Source: Lama glama (taxonomy: Eukaryota). From it: 64,000 bases of DNA. Every line of letters begins with the position of its first letter. Within the stretch, counting starts at the first letter, position 1. Location of the stretch: the NCBI GenBank assembly GCA_028534125.1, contig CM052817.1, positions 40,736,001-40,800,000 of the forward strand, read 5' to 3'. Of this stretch, positions 22,851 to 35,862 are shown piece after piece. The notes beneath the pieces were generated by a model. It worked only from the letters and a program-made list of their open reading frames with translations. It had not been told where the DNA came from and searched no databases. The position numbers were made by a program, and so were the translations under genes.

Positions 22851-25800
22851 TTTCCTGCGCACATCCACGCAGAGCCTGCTGACCGTGCGTTCGGAAAGTG
22901 ATGCTTAGTGTCCGACCGGTGTCGACTGAAGTGATGAAACATCACGTCAGCTCTAAATCATCTTGGATGGGAGATGTGGTTTGTTGTCAGAAATTGTTGA
23001 ATTAGAGTCAGAAATTGTAAATGATACCATTTATGTCCCACAAATGGCAAATCTGGTGAGCTTCGAGGAGCCGACCTAGCGACGGGCAAGGGCTCGGGGT
23101 GGCCGTGGGAAGCCCTTCCCTGCTGAGATGACAAAGCTGTGGCTTGAACAGTGCCTGTGACCCTGGAAGGGCCCCTGCCTAAAGGTCTTAACCACAATTG
23201 TATTTGGCTGCCTGACTCATGCATGGGAGGTTTTTTTTTTTTTTTTCTCCCCAGTGTGTAATCCTGACCTTGAGCAAAACCGCACAGGGAAATAGTCTGT
23301 TTTGTAGGCTGTGAATTGCATCCAAGCCACAGCCAAATTTATCTGCTGCTCTGTACAGCTCCTGAGCCTTGAGCTAGACAGCACTTCTGCCACTGCAGGG
23401 GAGCAAGTCTGCAGTAAAGCTCCAGGGCCAGATGCATGGGCAGCGGGCTGGGCATATCTTTGCGCCTGGAACAGAAAGTCGTATCATGATCCCTCTTTGT
23501 GGCATTCAACCCATTTGATGGTATCCCAGAAATGTTGAAACATATTTTCCTGCTCTGATCTGGAACTCCCTCTTCTGATAACCTAGAACGTCACTATATC
23601 TTTCTGTCCCTATCAAAGTAATTCCTAATAAAGTATATCTTTGAAAATGCACCCTCCATTTTACTTAATAGAAGCATTACTGTTTGTGATAAACTCACAT
23701 GGCATCTTGGAAAAGGATATTGCATTTGTCCCAAGAATTTTCCAGGTTACTCTAGTATAGGGAGTATATGAACATTCACTACTAATTCTAAAAGCAGTTG
23801 TTTCTCTATCGAAACCCCCAGATTTGTCATTATTGGATCCAGGGGTTGTGGCTCACTTATTTGGGCTCTGGGTGTTCCTGTCTGGCTACAAAGTAACACG
23901 TTTGCGGTGCCCTGGAGGACCTGAACATGCCACTGTCTTGACCTCACAGAGAGCCCAGCAGCTCTGCCACGGCGCCCTTCTAGGTTGGAACCTTCCTGCA
24001 GACTTAGGATTGTCATGCTTGTAACACATTTCTGTGGGCCCCAGTGGGGCTGCCCACGCTTAGCTGAGAGGGAGGAGAAAGTAAGGCAGAGAGAGCAGAG
24101 GGCTTCTAATCAGGATCTCTGATAGTTCTGCCCATTGGTTCCTGGCTTCTTGCTTTTATCTCTGACTATCCAGACTCTGGACCTTGTGTGTTCAGAGCTA
24201 TGGCACCTACCAGTGCCTCCCAGCCTTAGCCGACCTCTCTGTGGTGCACCCCTTGTAAGACTGGTTCTTGCAGCCTCACTCACCTGCCCTTGCCTTTCTT
24301 ACCTATAGGTAGTATCTGTTCGATCCCCACCTGGCAAAACAGGCCCCTGGTACTGACCCCTCCCGGCTCTCTGAATCGTGTTTCCACTGGAAACTAGAAT
24401 TTCTCCAGACCTTGACTTAAGCTCTCTGTGGACAGGCATTACGTTGATTTGCTCTCTTCTGTATTTCCTGTGGCAGTTACTCAATAAATGCTGGCCAAAT
24501 GTTGAATGAAGCTGTGTAAGGACTCTTGACATTTTAAAAAGTAAGTATAAATGATAGGATTGGGGACCTGGAAGGAAAATTATTTGAATAAAGAACATGA
24601 AAGCTGTGATTCTGTTTCTCTGGTTCACAATAATTCCTGTAGTTCCCTCTGTTATCAATAGATATTTCCCATATGCTTTTCAGATTTTAGAAATAACAGG
24701 TAAAATTTGCTTTGTTGGTCCAAGATACTGACCTAGTAGGATTTCTTCCCTGTAACGCGAACTGTGCACAGAAGAAGGGCAAAGAACTTCTCCAAATCAG
24801 GGACTTATACGGAACGGTTCTGGAGTCTGAAATTTACAAGAGGCCACTATAATTAATATTCCAGACTCTGAGACAGATACTTTTCTTCCCCTCCTCCCCT
24901 CCCCGCCTTAAACTCACATATCATATAAGCCAACTTTTCCACCAGAAATTCTTGATACATGGTATTGAACCAGAATGGAGTTATTAAGACTCTTTTTAAT
25001 CTCAATTCTTATTTGTTATAAAATAATAAGAAAAATCACTTATGATTGCACAGCCTTACTAAATCAACCTCTTGCCTCTATGTTTCATCAAATTGGAATA
25101 TTAGTGTCTTATCTGAATTAAAGCCCAGGCTGCACCATCAGGGTGCCAGTTCATCTTGTTATTTATTTAATTTTTAACTCTGACTTGGCCAGTCTTCTCA
25201 GTGGTCATTGCAGCTTGTCAAATGAACTCCTGGGGCTGATATCACTAGGAAGAATTTGCATGGCCTGTTCTTTTAGAAAATTTTATTTTTCTTAAATAGA
25301 AGGAACTAGATAAAGCACACAGATCCTTAAGACAAAGCCAAAATCTGGATAAGAGTTTTTATGTAGCTTTTAAAAGAGTAGAGTGTACCTCAAGATCGGA
25401 AGAGCCCCATGAACTCTTAAGTGGGTCTCTGCTGTGTGTTCATGAGGAGGAAAGATGGCTGGAAAAGGGATTCTCGCATCTGACCTAAGGACAGCTTTAA
25501 GAGACCAGCATCATGGCAGCAATTAGCACTGGTACAGAGCCATAAGAGCAGATGTTTCCTCCTCTGAGTCCTTCTGCAAGCTTGCGACGTAGATGGACGT
25601 GCAAGATAGTTCACTAATGTCATCTTCTGTATGAGAAATGGATGCTCAGAATGTTGCTAAGTCTTACTAAGCAAGTAAGTGGCAGAGTTGAGAATCAAAC
25701 CTAGGTCTTTTGACCATAAATATTGCTCCTTTCGACATACTAGCTTGGAACAGTGACGCTTACATGTTCTCTTGGAGCTAAGAGCAGGCCAACTAATTGC

Positions 25801-26264
25801 CTTTACCAAGGATTGCCTGAAGACTGGGGTTGGTGTGAGCTATTTGCTTCTCACCCAATTTTGGTTTTGATTTCTTCCCTTAATATTTTTTCAGGATGAT
25901 TTCCCTAGCATACTGTTGCTTATTAGTCCAAGTTTCTGAATAAATACTGGAATTTACCTACCTGGAATGTATTCAAATAAACTAATATCTTTGATATAAA
26001 CATAAGTCACTACAATAAAGAGCAATTTGAAGCATGAACGTCAAGGGTTTTGGTTTACGTTCTCTGGCTGCTGTAGACCTGGAATGTTGGGTCTAAACGG
26101 TGCCGTAAATCATTCTATCTCGACAGGAAGTAGAATGGAAACCTCATGGAACTGCCAAGATATATGGTTTTCCTTTAAATGCCTCATTGATTATGGGTTT
26201 TGCTTCTTTTCTGTGGGAGAAAGAGACATTAAAGCAGATTTATTCCATTGGTAATTCTTGATTA

Positions 26265-26558
26265 TACCTCTCCACAAACCATTACCTGCAATTCTGAATT
26301 CCAAAAAGTTTTGAAAATCCTTATTTTTTTCCCTATAGGTTTAGTGCAGACTTACTTGGTGGAAGTACCAGAAATGAGACTATTTCTAATCTTTATTTAT
26401 CTCATTTAATGTGGATATTTATGTATTTTGTCTAGAAAATATATGCTGCCCAGATCTTGTTTAGTATATTACCTGAAGTATGTTTGCACCATAAAATCTT
26501 AAAAATTCTCAATTCTGAAATAAGTTTAGCCCCAAGAGGTTCAGATAAGGGACTATAA
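26265..26558. mobile_element. TcMar-Tigger MITE (MER46C-like)
   Basis: Degenerate inverted termini: ccacaaaccattacctgcaattctgaattccaaaaag and ccccaagaggttcagataagggactata. Confidence 0.55.
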
Positions 26559-26639
26559 ACCTCTTCTCAAGAAGAGAAGGGAGAGGTGTGAATAACACAG
26601 AGTAACGGAAAAGCACAGGCGAGGCGACAGTGCCTTACA

Positions 26640-26990
26640 CCCACACTGGTGTCCTCCCTGATAGAAGATCACACATCTCCATCCTGTTGAACTCATGCAC
26701 ACCCATGTGATTGATTTTCTTTGGCAAGTAAAATGTGAGCAGAAGAGAAGAGATGAGTCATGTCCAGGCAAAGTTTTAAGAGCCAGTGTGCAGCTCCCCA
26801 TTCTCTTTCTTCCTTCTGCCATGAGCTCAGCAGCGTTCCAGATGAAGGCTGGGGTCCATCAGCTTGGGTCTCCAGGGAAGCCTGGCACGGAGCTGTGGCT
26901 GATCTGCACTGTCGATGTAATGTGGATGAGAAAGAAACCTTTGTTGTTGAAGCCTCTGCAGTATCACCTAGTCTATCTTCACTGATGCGT
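26640..26990 (+). mobile_element. Old MaLR LTR (MLT1I/J-like)
   Basis: ttggcaagtaaaatgtgagcagaag...aagagccagtgtg...gagaaagaaacctttgttgttgaagcc. Confidence 0.7.
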
Positions 26991-27544
26991 GCAAAATCAG
27001 TGCCCTCTGGGATGGAGCCATCCATTAATATAGCATCTGTGGGCACCGACGCTGTTAACGACCAATAGTCAGTGTCCTCTGGGGGTCTGCAGTCCAGTTA
27101 TACAGGTAGATAGTTAAGAAAGAGATACCAAGTCTGGTCTGGCCTGCCACAAGGCTGTGCTCTCTCCTCCACCCCAGTGCTGGTTTCCATATCTGGGCTC
27201 AAGGCCAAATGTCTCCTGACTTTATGTATCCAAACACATGCTTGGAGATTAATGCACATTTTCTCTTCATTGGATTTAACAAATTGCATAGGTATTTCCT
27301 ACTTATTATAATAAATTAAACAACACAAAAGTATATAAAGAAAAAGTTTATTCTCTTCTCTCTCTTCTGTAAATGGTATGTGTCCTTCTGTAGCTTTTTA
27401 TGGGCTCGGCAAATATATATAGATACATAGGATCATTTAAAAATATTATCCTACCGTGAACATTACTCTGCCAAGGACATCTAAGCAATTCAGTTATTAG
27501 CCCTAAATAGACAATTAATTTAATGTTTAATCTTTAATAGCTTC

Positions 27545-27765
27545 TTTTACTGAATGCTTACTATGTCCAACTCAGTCTTGTAAATGCTTTATTTAGTCCC
27601 TTTGTGAACCCTGTGAGGTGGGTACTAATGTTATCAGCATCTTCCATTTCCAGAGAAAACTGAGGTTTAAATAAATTGAGTAGTTTGTGAGAGTCACACA
27701 CATCAGGAAGCGGAGGATTGAGCAGCTCAGGCAGTCTGACTCACATTCCATGTCTCTAACCTCCA
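27545..27765 (-). mobile_element. MIR SINE within an old L1ME remnant
   Basis: aaccctgtgaggtgggtact...gaaaactgagg...ggcagtctgactc. Confidence 0.7.
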
Positions 27766-29585
27766 AGTGGTATCACTTCTACAATTGCATAATAGTCCAT
27801 GAATGCATTTATTCAAGCATTTCCCCATTGATGGAGATTAAGGTAATTTTCTTTTTTCCTCTTTTTATTTTGCTACTGCCAACAATGTTGAAATAAACAA
27901 CACTAAAATATACACTGGTGCACCTTTTTTTTTTTTCCCCTGTTGAAAGAGCCCCACGTTAATTTCTTCCTGTGCCTCATTTGAGAGAACACTACCAACT
28001 CTGGCAATCTCAGTCCTGGTTAGGCAGGGGGTCCTGGTGCCCATAATTCGTATTCCAATAACCAGTTAGGAATTCTGGCTTCACCAGTTTCTCTGAACCC
28101 TCTACATATCTTTCCAGTACAGGCCGAGTGGAGAGAGGCCTGTTTAAGTCAATGCAGCTTACATTTAGAAACAGGAGGCAGTGAACTGTAAGGGATTATC
28201 TTCTCCTAGATGTGTCAGATGCAATCACACAGCATAGATTTATGAAGCGGAGTGAAATATTTGTTTTGATTGCTCACTGATTAAGAATACACTCTAATGC
28301 ACACTCTTGACAGACATCTAGGGCAACTACCCTTACTCTAAGAATCTGGGTCAGGGATGCCCAACTTCTAATTCAGCAGTCTCATTTCATTAACGGATTA
28401 TGCAAAGAAGCCTCAAATGGGTCTGTACAACTGGCTGCTTCATCTCCAGTATTTAATACTGCAGGGGCTCCAGCACTCGCCAGTGTTACTGCCCGCAGAT
28501 CTGTAATGTCTTCCTTGTCGTCGTTCAGCAGAATTAGGAAAAGCAGTTGGGGATCTTATGAAAAACGAACGCACCATATGAAAAGTGGACATATAATTTA
28601 GTAACTAACAGTTCATGAAGGGATTTGGGGTAAAGTGTTAGACAAAACCCCGCATGTTGGAGATGCTTAAAAGTGAGGTTTTGTAAAAGCTGGACAATTC
28701 TTTAAATGGAAATGGTTAAAAATCTCAAGAGGTATGTTTTAAATTTTAATCTAGAAGCACTGCAGGGTAGGTATTTATCAACAGATTGCTACAATGTGCT
28801 ACCATATGAAAATTGGACAGTAAAACACCTTTGGTTATTTTGAGTTAAATTACCCAGTGAAATGCAGAGAGAAGTCGTAGCATAAATTGGGAGATCTCGT
28901 GTTTGTGGCTAGGTAGAGTATTTCTGTGTAGGGTAGGGGTTAGTCGTGGATAAGCATGGGATCTCCTTACATTTTTTTTTAAGTACAGTGTAGGCTTTAG
29001 GGTAACCAGTTATTAATGTATAGAGTTTGTGTTTGAAAGAAATGCATTCAAGATCTTTAAAAATTGACGATTACATGTGTAAGAACTTAAAAAGCAAAAC
29101 ATCTCATCATCTCTGTCCTGAAGTGTCACTGTGTCTATTTCTTGCCTCCGCAGCCCTCTCATTTCTGTTTACTCAGGAACGTTTAAGTCTGAAGCCTCAC
29201 CCTTAAGCATACAGGACACAAGCCTCAATCCATTCTTTGCTCTGTTCGTGCAGGGGTGGGAAATGTTACAGGTATTTTAACCGATCCACATTATCTTGAA
29301 TACCACTGTTTTCACCGGCAAGAGCCTGTTTCTACATCCTTGGTGCTGAGATGTTGCTGACTTCAGCAAAGGAACTCTATTTCTGAAATTCTCTATACTC
29401 ATTAGCAAAAGCATAGGTGAGGACCAAGGAATGAATACCTGAAGTGCTCATCGCGGTCCCTTTGGGGTGTGGGCTTTTACCCCACGAACGTGGGTTCCTG
29501 GTTAGGACAACCAACTGCTCCTCAAATAAAGCTGAAATCAACTAACACATTATTGGGTCCCCTTGTGTATGCTGAAGATTTTAAA

Positions 29586-29683
29586 CTTTGTTTTAAAAAC
29601 AGAGGTACTGAGGATTGAACCCAGGACCTTGTGCACTCTAAGCACGCACTCTACCACTGAGCTATATCCTCCCCCCGCTCACC
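29586..29683 (-). mobile_element. Short (head-only) camelid tRNA-derived SINE
   Basis: On the - strand: tatagctcagtggtagagtgcgtgcttag...ggtcctgggttcaatcctcagtacctct. Perfect 17-bp direct repeat atgctgaagattttaaa at 29569-29585 / 29684-29700. Confidence 0.92.
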
Positions 29684-31179
29684 ATGCTGAAGATTTTAAA
29701 GTAAATTGTGGATGTTTATCTGTGATGGACCTGTGCAAGCCCTTGAACTCAGCTACTCTCCATCTTATTTCTTTCTGTGTTTATTCAGATTCTCCTTTGG
29801 CCACGTACTTATTCCCATGTCTAGCTCAGCTCCTGCCCCAGTTTCACACGTGGTGACAGTTCCCTCTGTATACCTAAAATTGTAAAAAAGTATGGTTACT
29901 TTCCTGAGTGATCATTTAGGTTACTTTACTTACTGTTGCTGTGTGCTAAATGCAATTAAGTTTTCACCTGAACGATTTAAAGCTCTGCCAAAAGAGAGGA
30001 AAAAATGAGAAGTTTCCCTGTGGTTTGAAATGACTGCCTTCCCGCTTAGTCCTCTGCAACAGGGCCTGCTGCCCTGCGTGTGGGTCTTTCCCCTCATGGT
30101 GGTGAGTCAGAGGACTCTGGACATCATTCCTCATGACTAACGAGTGTGTGTGGTGATCGTGCCGAGACACTGCTGTAGGTGAGGCATCCTTTAGACCAGG
30201 AAGTACATCTCAAGGGGAATCCATGGGATTCAGCTGCCTGCCTTCAGTTTTTATACAGTCATTGATCATTCAAACACGAAGAGTGTAGCACATCTTCCCC
30301 TCTTTGCCTTTAAACTGAGTTCTGCTCCCTCGGCTGGTTGCATCATGTGTTCCAAGGCAGCAAAGACCCTTGGCCTCTGAATATCCATGGTTGTCTTCGA
30401 AGAAAGAATGGGCTGGGGTGGATGTCTGTGTTTAATTTCAACTTAAATATTATTTGATAATAGGCTTTTGTGTCAATGTCCATTTTTTCTTTAATGGTAG
30501 ACTTATTCCTCATTACACAGGAATTCAACAAACTGAAACTTGAAAGAAGAATTTATAGGTATCAGTATTTATTCAATATATGGTGCCTGTTGACTGAATT
30601 CGAGGAACGTGCAGCTCCCTTGGCTGATATTCGCATGAAAGGGCTCCTTTGTTTGTTCATCTGTGGCTATCTTCCACCTCTTGTTTTTCTCTTTGTTCTC
30701 TTGTCTTCAGTTCCCACGCTTTTGTTCATTTCCAAAAGGGAGCGACTTAGCCCGTGGTCTTGGGTCCTCTCTGAGCCTACTTTCCCCTAGAAAACATGGA
30801 GAAGGAGGAGTGGCAGAATTACTGCTTTCCCAGTTCAATTTCTTTTTCTTGGCTAGTATAGTTTTTTCCCGGCTCTTCGCTTTTTCTTTAAGTCATCAAG
30901 CCATCAGGTCAAGCAAAGAAAAAAACCAAGCACACTTACAGGCATATTTTGATTATTCTTTATTAATCAGAAAACAAAAATTGAAGGAGATATTATTTTT
31001 AACGGACATATTATTTTCTCATCAAGTGTGATTTTTATTATGTTTTATGCCAAACTTTCTCTCTCTTCACTCCTGCCCTCATCCTTTGGAATAATATACC
31101 ATTCTGTGCATCTTCTTGCTGACTCTGAAGAAATCTCATGACACCATGATTCTCCCTTAAGTTCACGTTTGGTCAATCT

Positions 31180-31625
31180 GTTTCTTTTTTCAGATCCACT
31201 CTTCCACCTTGTTCTGTGCCCTGGTAGTTGGCCGGTGTCACCAGACTACTCACTCTCTGGCTCAAGGTTGGTTTGGTCAATGGGAGCGTTGGCAGGGCTC
31301 AAAGGGACAGAGGAGATGGAGGCCTGTGTGTTCATCACCCCTCCCCTCTTGTTGTAGTATCCAATGCATTGGCTCATTCTGGACTACCTTACATTTTCTG
31401 TAAAGTGTCCCTCCCCACACAGCCTCTTTGTTTCCAAATTCCAGCAGCCACTTTGCCCCCTTCAGGCTTCTGGGTATTAACAGGGACCACTGATACCAAC
31501 TGTGCATTGTCCCTTGAGGTTCCCTACCCATGCCTGCCCCACTGGAGACAAGCCTCTTATTAAACTTTTTTCGTGGTATTAAATTGGAATGTGTCATCTG
31601 TTTCTTGCTGGAGCCCTGAGGGGTA
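31180..31625 (+). mobile_element. ERVL LTR (LTR33-like)
   Basis: ggttggtttggtcaatggg...cccttcagg...attaaac...gtgtcatctgtttcttgctgg. Confidence 0.65.
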
Positions 31626-31654
31626 GAATGATTCAATGAATGCTTATGTTACTG

Positions 31655-31830
31655 GGAGGCAATATGGTGTGATGGTTATTTTCCACGTGGCATTGGACGG
31701 AGCTAGGCTTGAACACATCCCCATCACTTGCTAACTTGGAGTGGAAATTATTTAACCACACTGAGCCTTAGTTTTCTCTAATTTAAAGTGGGGATTATAT
31801 TACCTACTTCACAGAATTGTTACAAGAATA
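31655..31830 (+). mobile_element. MIR SINE
   Basis: atttaaccacactgagccttagttttctc...tacctacttcacagaattgtt. Confidence 0.7.
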
Positions 31831-33399
31831 TGTATGAGTACTCAAAATGTTAATTACTATATATTATATATAATTGTATATAATCACATAGTACTATACA
31901 ACACAAAAATATATGTATTATATGGTAACATGTAATAACATTATATATAATGTTTCAGTTTCCCCTCATTTTATACTGAATCACTTCCTCACTGCTAAGG
32001 CCTGAGCAGTTGCAAAGCAGTCATTCTGGGGTCCTCTACGCCTGGTGCTGCTGATGTTTGTGTTTCAAGTTACGAGGACCCCCTCTTCCCTTGTGCCCCT
32101 TAAATTCCTGCTTATCCAAGTGATAGTTTGCTTCCCATAGATGGTCCTGGCTGCTCTGGTAATCTTCCCTCAATCTGTGGAATTTTCAGACGACTCTTGT
32201 TTAGACGGTGAGTGCTAGTCACAGGGGTCCCTGGTGAAGGGAAAATCTTTTGCTTGCGTCTCAACCTAAGCGCTGGCTGCTTTCTGTGCAGGTGCTAGGC
32301 ACTGTTGGGTAATCCCACGGCTTTCCAAGAGAGCTGTTTTTTTGTTTCTACCTTCTTTAAACAATATCTTTAGAATGTCATAAGCACATTGACTAGGCTC
32401 AGAGAGGAGTTGCAAGGAGTAGCTAATGGATTATTTTAAATGCTTTGAAACTAGTGGGAGTTTAGTAAGAAGGTCAGGCTAAATAATTTTTGCAGGCTCG
32501 ATGAGAGTACGAAGCGTACCAAATGACCCTTCTGCTTTGCTTTGGTATCTAGTGGGACTTGCTTATTGTGTAACATGTCCCATTAAAATGAGTTATATAT
32601 GTTATTGCATTTAAAGCATGACCTGGGGAAATGCTTTAAGATAAAAAGAGGTGTTTGGAAGATATACAAAGCTTTCATCGAATGAAGTTGCAGTTACTGA
32701 AACCACTTGGGTGTTTCTGACTCAAGAGAAATCTTATGAAGCACAGTTCAGTTACATTTGTCTTCTAAGGGCCTGCTGTGCGTCAGGGCTGGATTGGCCA
32801 CCACGATTCCCAGCCTTGAAGGTCCGCAGACTAGAAGAGGAGGTAGATATACACAGTGTCAAAACCCTTTGGTAATGTGTAATAGGGGCTAAGACGGATG
32901 AAAATACAAGGTACAGAACAGCAAAAAAATCAAATGGTAGTGTCTAAAATGAGCTCAGTCTGGGGGAAATCAGGGAAGATTCATGAAGAGAGGCTTGAGT
33001 TGACCTCTGAGGGTAGGAGAAGTCTGCCACATGATAAAGGGGCGAAGGACATTTCAGACACAGGGAGCAGCATATGAAAAGTCCTCTCTATCTCTCTGTT
33101 TCATTCAAGCATCTTTAAGAGGCTCTACGTCCTGTGCATCTAGCTCTGTCTTATTCTTGCGCACAGTAGGTACTGAGTTAACACTTGTAAGTGGATAGAA
33201 TGGGTGGTGGGATTAGAGGGAGTGATTCCAGTTTTATTCATTAGGTTTTCTTTACTTTCTAAATTTTCTACAGCAAACATGTCCTTATTTTGTGACTCAA
33301 ATATTCTAAAATATTCAGAGAATGGTTATCAGAGTCCATGGCTGCACTGGAGTTGACAATGAATGCAGTCAGTGAGGTCAGTGCACTTTGGGCGCTGGG

Positions 33400-33960
33400 G
33401 ACACTTGTTAACCTGGTGGAGCAAAGGCTTGAGGCTGTGGGAGATGTCACTGGGAATGAAGCTGGGATGATAGTTCCGGGCTCAGAATGTTGGCCTTTGT
33501 TTTGTAGACAGTGAGGAAGCATTGAAATTATTAGGCAGGAAGTCTGTGTTAAGAGTCCTCTGGCAACACTGTAGAGCATGAATTGGTTGCAGGAAAGATT
33601 GGAGGGAAAGGACCAATTGTGACAGCTTTATAATCCAAGTGGAAAAGTATTGAACATTCTCATGTTTGGTTTTAGACAGGATACATTTGTACTGTCTGTG
33701 GGATAGTCTGTAGGAAGGCCGGTAAGTATTTGGAACTGCTTGTGGGGAAGAATTGGTGCCTAAAACATTACTGACACCAGGGAGTAGATGAGGCCCTGGG
33801 AACCCCACCAGGCAGTGAGGACCAGGTCGGCATGGCCACAAGGGCAAGAGAAAAACACAAGAAAATGGTGCTTGAGAGAGGAAAAAATCATGAGAGGAAG
33901 AAAAAGGGGGAGAGGTGGTTCAGAAATGATCAAATTATCTAGTCAGGAAGTAGATGATTT
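33400..33960 (-). mobile_element. L2 remnant
   Basis: Purine-rich antisense L2 motifs (gttttgtagacagtgaggaagcattg; ctctggcaacactgtagagcatgaattgg). Confidence 0.55.
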
Positions 33961-34075
33961 TCCTTCCTCCCTGCCTTCAGGAAGCTGCTCAAAAGACATC
34001 TCTTCAGAGATGCTGTCCCAGACCACCTACCTAAAACAGCACCCTTCTTTGCTCCATACCACCTTCCCTGAGCAC

Positions 34076-34557
34076 TGTTCCAAAATGTAGGTTTTATTAT
34101 TATTCATGTACAGTGAGGGTCAGGGGATGATTGCCATAGAAAAGGTAGTTCGTTATTCACAGTTCCCAAAAGGAAGGGACATGCCATGCCAGGCAGGGCC
34201 ACAGGGGGCAGCACCAGGGCCAGTCAGGAGGCAGAGGGAGGGTAGAAACTGGCAAGAGCCTTTATTGTGGTTCCCATGGGAAGGAACAGGCAGGCAGGAT
34301 GGGCAGCCTTAGGACTGACTAATTTGAATAACTTCGGTGGGGTTTTGGGTTGGCTGTGCCTACTTGTCTGGTACCTGGCCCTGGGTGACTAGGGCCAGAG
34401 CTAGCGACCTGAATGAAGTAGCTGGGGTCTGGGCTTGGAGTGGTTGCTTTACATATGAAAGATTTGCTGGAAGGGGAGCTGTTTACTAGCTCTGCAGGAA
34501 TTGGCTACCCTGGGAGGGGTGATGGAACCATCAGAATAAAAAGGCATGCTTAATAAG
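34076..34557 (-). mobile_element. ERVL solo LTR (MER74/MER76-like)
   Basis: ttattcacagttccc...gcaccaggg...caggaggcagaggg...gcaagagcctttattgtgg...tttgaataa...tctggtacctggccctggg. Flanks agcac / ggcac resemble a 5-bp TSD. Confidence 0.75.
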
Positions 34558-34600
34558 GGCACCACTTGACGTTATACTGCATGTTTATTTGTTTGTGGAG

Positions 34601-34885
34601 CAGAGCCACAGCTGGGACTGGGATGAGGGGAACAAGGCATTCACCTCAGGCACAAAGTGTAAAGGGGTGGCTGCCAAAAAGCTCACTAATCAAGTTGAAT
34701 AATATGTTACTATTTAAAAAAAATCAACATGAATACAGATATATCCATGATGAACAAAATGCCAAAATTTAAAATAAAGACAGCATCCGTCACAGCCTGT
34801 GCTGAGCCATGCTGGAGCCTGAAACAAAAGGAAAAATCAGTAATATGGATCCTGTCTTTTTGATTTTTAAAACTGTTGCATTAAA
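34601..34885. mobile_element. hAT DNA transposon remnant (MER96B-like)
   Basis: ctgggatgagggg...cacctcaggcacaaa...atccatgatgaacaaaat...ggagcctgaaacaaaaggaaaaatcagtaata. Confidence 0.7.
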
Positions 34886-35218
34886 ATTAACCAGCCTTAA
34901 AAAGGAAGGCAGTTCTGACACATGCTACAGTGTGACTGAAACTTGAGGCTAAGTGAAATAAGGCAGTCACAAGAAGACAAACACTGTATGACTCCACTTA
35001 TGGGGAATACTTCGAGCAGTCAGGATCACAGAGACGGAGAGTAGGATGGTGGCCTCCAGGGGCTGGGAGAGCAGGAAGTGGGGAGTTAGTGTTTAGTGGG
35101 TGCACAGTTTTGGTTTGGGAAGATGAAAAGAGTTTGGAGATGGATGGTGGTGATGGTTGCACAACATTATGAATGCATTTGATGTCACTGAACTGAACAC
35201 CTAAAAATGGTTAAGATG

Positions 35219-35862
35219 GGAAGGGTAGGGTATAGCTCAGTGGTAGAGTGTGTGCTTAGCATGCACGAGGTCCTGAGTTCAATCTGCAGTACCTTTGTTA
35301 CAGAAACAACAGGCCAGTCAAGAAACAAGCACCACTCGGAGGGTTGGAGTACTCAGATGTATTACGTCAGCGGGCTCAGAGGGGCTTCTGCTCCGAAGCT
35401 CTGAGCACCTCCAAGACGTGTGCATGAGGTTTTATAGGGTAAAGTACAAGCTTGGGGTATTCAGCCAATAGGCATGGAACAGCTTTAGCAGCATTATCAT
35501 CTCAAAAGTGGAAGCGGGGAGGCAGCAAACCAACATTCCAAAGCCAGATATGTATCTTTGAAAACCCAGCTGGCTAGCAAAAAAAACATAAACAGCAAAC
35601 CAACACTAATTAACCTAGATTTACAAGTTAGTCTAGCAGAACTCAGATCAGTATTCCAATACTTAGACTTGTGAGTTATCTTGTTAGCCCAGTCCAGCCT
35701 CTCCTTCACATTCCTAGACTTGTGAGTTATCTTGTTAGACCAGCCCCGTTTTTCCTTCACACCTTCATTAAAAAAATTAAGTAAGAAAATGAATAAATAA
35801 ATGTAATCCCCTCCCTGTAAAGCTTAAAAAGGGAGTTTAAGGTTCAATTAAAAAAATTTTTT
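35219..35862 (+). mobile_element. Camelid tRNA-derived SINE split by a solo LTR
   Basis: Head gggtatagctcagtggtagag...gagttcaatc; tail resumes at 35766. TSD aatggttaagatg at 35206-35218 / 35863-35875. Confidence 0.9.
35296..35761 (-). mobile_element. Lineage-specific solo LTR, probably ERV1 class (466 bp)
   Basis: TG...CA termini and 4-bp TSD cctt (35292-35295 / 35762-35765). CCAAT at 35465-35469; - strand TATAAAA at 35430-35436; AATACA at 35358-35363. Confidence 0.85.

Noticed and set aside
22930..22960. C/D snoRNA (gtgatga box with gtgatg-aaa-catcac hairpin)
   Set aside because: No appropriately placed D box or terminal stem.
23822..23925. P-loop-like peptide FVIIGSRGCGS after a possible splice acceptor
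   Set aside because: It lacks the invariant Lys of GxxxxGK[ST], has no good donor, and stops shortly after.
35225..35295. tRNA gene (also at about 21025-21093 and 29600-29672)
   Set aside because: A and B boxes are present, but these are SINE heads with TSDs and tails, not complete cloverleaf genes.
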